64,000 bases of DNA, taken from Monocercomonoides exilis PA203 (lineage: Eukaryota; Protista; Preaxostyla). The stretch spans positions 372,001-436,000 of the forward strand of contig LSRY02000059.1 in the NCBI GenBank assembly GCA_001643675.2, given 5' to 3'. Below, in pieces: positions 61,351-64,000 of the stretch; the stretch's first letter is position 1, and each line of letters starts with the position of its first letter. The position numbers and the translations under genes are program-made. Under the pieces are notes generated by a model that saw nothing but the letters and a program-made list of their open reading frames with translations, was not told where the DNA came from and did not search any database.

Positions 61351-64000
61351 CTAATTGTAAAGGATGCATTCAACAGCCCTCTCATAATCGCTGCCACAAG
61401 AGACAAATGCCCCGACCGCGACTGAGTGGGTGCATCCAGTTAGCGCCATTATGCGACCGATGCTCTTCTCCTCATTCGCACTGAGCATTTGCAATGGAGC
61501 TGGCGAATCAGAAGAGTCAGAAGTCACTTGCTCGTCTAATTCTTCAGTGGAGTTGAAAGACTCTGTCAATGGACGCGAATTCAAAAATATGTTCATTGCT
61601 GGTGTTGCTTCAATGTTATGTGAATGATTTTCGTTTGATGAAGCCATCACAAATTGATTGAATGCATTTTCGCCATTTTTTGGGCTCATGCTTCCTCTGT
61701 CAGATAGATCGTAGGTTGGAATTATGATCGAATCCTTTTGAATAGCCTGAAGCTCTTTCGCGCATTGAGTTGTATTGTTATCATTTTGTTCATCTGTTGA
61801 AGTAGACAGCTTCTGAACAACTTGTCCAATCTTTCCAGAAACTTCATCAGAAGTGCTGAAACACAAGCTTTCTGTGATAAACTCTGTATCCTCCTCAGAA
61901 TCCTCGTCTTCATCTGAATTTAGCGGAGGAGGTGGTGGCGGTGGAAGCGGAGGCAGTGGAATAGACATCAAATCCTCTTCAGCTTCGTTTGTTTTCTCTT
62001 CTCCTGTCGCGTTCTCTGCTTCCTCCCCATCGTCCAGCGAGTCCACTGGAATTTGCCCTGATTCAATCAACTCCTCATCCTCATCTGCATCTGCCTCTCC
62101 TTCAGTCATCGCAACAGCAAAAGTTGTGGGAAACGAGCGAATGGAGTAGTCTGCTGTAAAGGGAGCTGGATACAACTTTATATCTTCCGACGCTAAAAGC
62201 TGCGGCGGAGGTGTTTTGCTGAGTCTTTCTTCATCGAATGCCATCGACTTGCGTGATGTTATTGCTGCTGTGATGCTGTCAAAGCTCAGCGACCTTGTCA
62301 TCACGTCTCCTCTGCCTCTTTCGTTCCTCTCACGCTCATCCCCTTCATATGAATAGCCTTCATTTGGTATGTGATAATTCCCTTCTGCAGTCATTTCTTC
62401 AGACGAATAATTGTGACCTACTTCATAATCATCTTCCATTGGTCTGACTGGCCCGTGGCATAATTTACTCATCAATCTATCGCATGCCATGATATCTTGA
62501 GGGTTTTGATATTCATAGGGAATAAACTGCTGAAGGAACAAATGGGGAAACTGAATGATTTCTTGCAACAGAAGAAGATTCGGAGAAATAAACATTGAAC
62601 AGGAAGATAAGTTGGATGAGGAAAAGGAAGAAGATGAAATAAAGAAATTGCATTCCTGAGAAGAAAGAGTCGAATCAATATCTTCATCGTCTACAGAGGC
62701 TCCAGAATAAGGAGACCTGGAAGAGTGGTGCCGTGATGATGATGATGAGGAGGAGGAGGATGAAGAAGAAGAACCCGAATAGCACAAAATCATGTCGAGT
62801 AGAAGAGACAGAGAAGAAGGCTGTCGCTGGATCAGTTTGCGCACCTTGCTGAACTGGGGATGGTGCCGCAACTGGAGGATAAGAGAGTACGAAGGCGATT
62901 CAGGTGTAGACGGATATTTGAATGAGCGCGATGAAGAAGGCGATTGTTCCTGTTCCTCCAATGAAGCTGATGGCAACTGCTCAGATGCTGAGTCAGGGCT
63001 GCTGGCATCAGAAGAAGCAGACGATGATGAATTTTGGGCGTCCGTGCACGACAGAGAGTCCGTGGACGATGAACGCGAATGCTGCGATTCTGGTGTCAGA
63101 GACGAGCCACAGGACTCCGCTGTGGTCGAGGCAAACGAGAATGCAAAGTCGAAGTGTGCTGACTGCGCTGAGGGAACAACATCCACCTCAAACAGACCTG
63201 TGGAGCCAGCGCCTGCTTCAGACGATCCCTCGAAGGATGCTTCCTCGTCGCTGTCATCGTCGCTAAGCTCTCTGAATGCTCCTTGCTCGGAGGCATTGCC
63301 ATACGAACTGCCTGGACTTCTCTCTTGTGGATGCTGCTGCATGATTGGGAAAACAGACGGGGGTGAAGTTGTACACTGCTTCGCATTCGCTTCTGTCGCA
63401 TCTGCTATCTTCCTTTCGCATTTTCGTTGTTCTGTTAGATTTCTTCCCTCTTGTCCAGGAGCCGTAAACCCAGCTTCAGATATGCTCCTATCAGCTTCTT
63501 GCGCTTCATATTCATGTAAAAACGCGTTGTGTGGTGTGGCTGAATGATATTCCTCCAATTCATCAACTTCTGAGTTCTGGAGCTCATCGATTTGCAAAGC
63601 ACGCTTGAAGCTGAATAGAGATGTGGGAACAAAAGATGACATGTATGAAAGTGTTGGTAATGCGAACGTCGCATTTTTCATAGCATCGCTTACTTCTTTC
63701 TGATCTTTAATTGGTACATTTGAAGAAATTAAAGAAACTGATGGATGACTTATTTTATATCTTTCATATGTTGTGTTTTGTTCTCTTTCAAGTGAATTAT
63801 CTTTGTCATGAGAATATGAGTCATGACAAATTTTATTAATGGTGTTTGTTTGGGGTCGGGATAAAAATGTTTTGTTTACAAGAAATTCAATTGCTATCTC
63901 TAAATTGTTATTTGCTGCCTTCAAACAAGAAATTGACGCTTCTCGTTCAAATCCCATTGTATCAAGCTGAATCATTTTATCATCAAAGTTTTCAATGCAA
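61351..64000 (-). CDS. RAD23-like ubiquitin receptor (UBA - XPC-binding/STI1 - UBA), 5' end outside the window
   Basis: UBA1 IQLDTMGFEREASISCLKAANNNLEIAIEFL; XPC-binding-like LRHHPQFSKVRKLIQRQPSSLSLLL...LLQEIIQFPHLFLQ; C-terminal UBA LSANEEKSIGRIMAL...AFVSCGSDYERAVECI. TAG at 61351. Confidence 0.75.
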   Translation of the reverse strand, partial: CIENFDDKMIQLDTMGFEREASISCLKAANNNLEIAIEFLVNKTFLSRPQTNTINKICHDSYSHDKDNSLEREQNTTYERYKISHPSVSLISSNVPIKDQKEVSDAMKNATFALPTLSYMSSFVPTSLFSFKRALQIDELQNSEVDELEEYHSATPHNAFLHEYEAQEADRSISEAGFTAPGQEGRNLTEQRKCERKIADATEANAKQCTTSPPSVFPIMQQHPQERSPGSSYGNASEQGAFRELSDDDSDEEASFEGSSEAGAGSTGLFEVDVVPSAQSAHFDFAFSFASTTAESCGSSLTPESQHSRSSSTDSLSCTDAQNSSSSASSDASSPDSASEQLPSASLEEQEQSPSSSRSFKYPSTPESPSYSLILQLRHHPQFSKVRKLIQRQPSSLSLLLDMILCYSGSSSSSSSSSSSSSRHHSSRSPYSGASVDDEDIDSTLSSQECNFFISSSSFSSSNLSSCSMFISPNLLLLQEIIQFPHLFLQQFIPYEYQNPQDIMACDRLMSKLCHGPVRPMEDDYEVGHNYSSEEMTAEGNYHIPNEGYSYEGDERERNERGRGDVMTRSLSFDSITAAITSRKSMAFDEERLSKTPPPQLLASEDIKLYPAPFTADYSIRSFPTTFAVAMTEGEADADEDEELIESGQIPVDSLDDGEEAENATGEEKTNEAEEDLMSIPLPPLPPPPPPPLNSDEDEDSEEDTEFITESLCFSTSDEVSGKIGQVVQKLSTSTDEQNDNNTTQCAKELQAIQKDSIIIPTYDLSDRGSMSPKNGENAFNQFVMASSNENHSHNIEATPAMNIFLNSRPLTESFNSTEELDEQVTSDSSDSPAPLQMLSANEEKSIGRIMALTGCTHSVAVGAFVSCGSDYERAVECILYN

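Noticed and set aside
1892-63674. Many overlapping antisense or alternative-frame ORFs (poly-Ser, poly-Leu, poly-Glu)
   Set aside because: They are shadows of GAA/TCT-rich low-complexity coding sequence on the real strand.

Overview
Eukaryotic DNA with short GT-AG introns, very AT-rich intergenic DNA, Ser/Glu low-complexity proteins and the standard genetic code (TAA, TAG and TGA all end genes). The style suggests an anaerobic metamonad such as the oxymonad Monocercomonoides (inference). Two gene-dense blocks flank a repeat- and pseudogene-rich core. Left block (1.9-31.3 kb): SMYD-type SET/MYND methyltransferase, CDF/ZnT zinc transporter, STE20 (OSR1/SPAK/Fray-like) kinase head-to-head with a PTB/hnRNP-L 4-RRM gene, a >4400-aa low-complexity protein, and an intronless gene of 21 exact 30-aa ankyrin-like 'EPPEWMRH' repeats. 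Core (31.4-53.5 kb): a 2.1-kb element with 15-bp TIRs carrying a host-gene fragment; two inverted copies of a larger element with shared ends but different pseudogene cargo; an apparently identical 350-bp inverted repeat pair; and a Tc1/mariner-type element whose empty site is also in the window. Right block (54-64 kb): Ser-rich CCHC zinc-knuckle protein, PA28/11S proteasome activator and a RAD23-like UBA protein. The most novel-looking signals are the DARPin-like variable repeat protein, a TGATCA palindrome just upstream of nearly every intact start codon, and the Pack-like gene-capturing elements. Exon boundaries were derived by eye and need RNA-seq confirmation.
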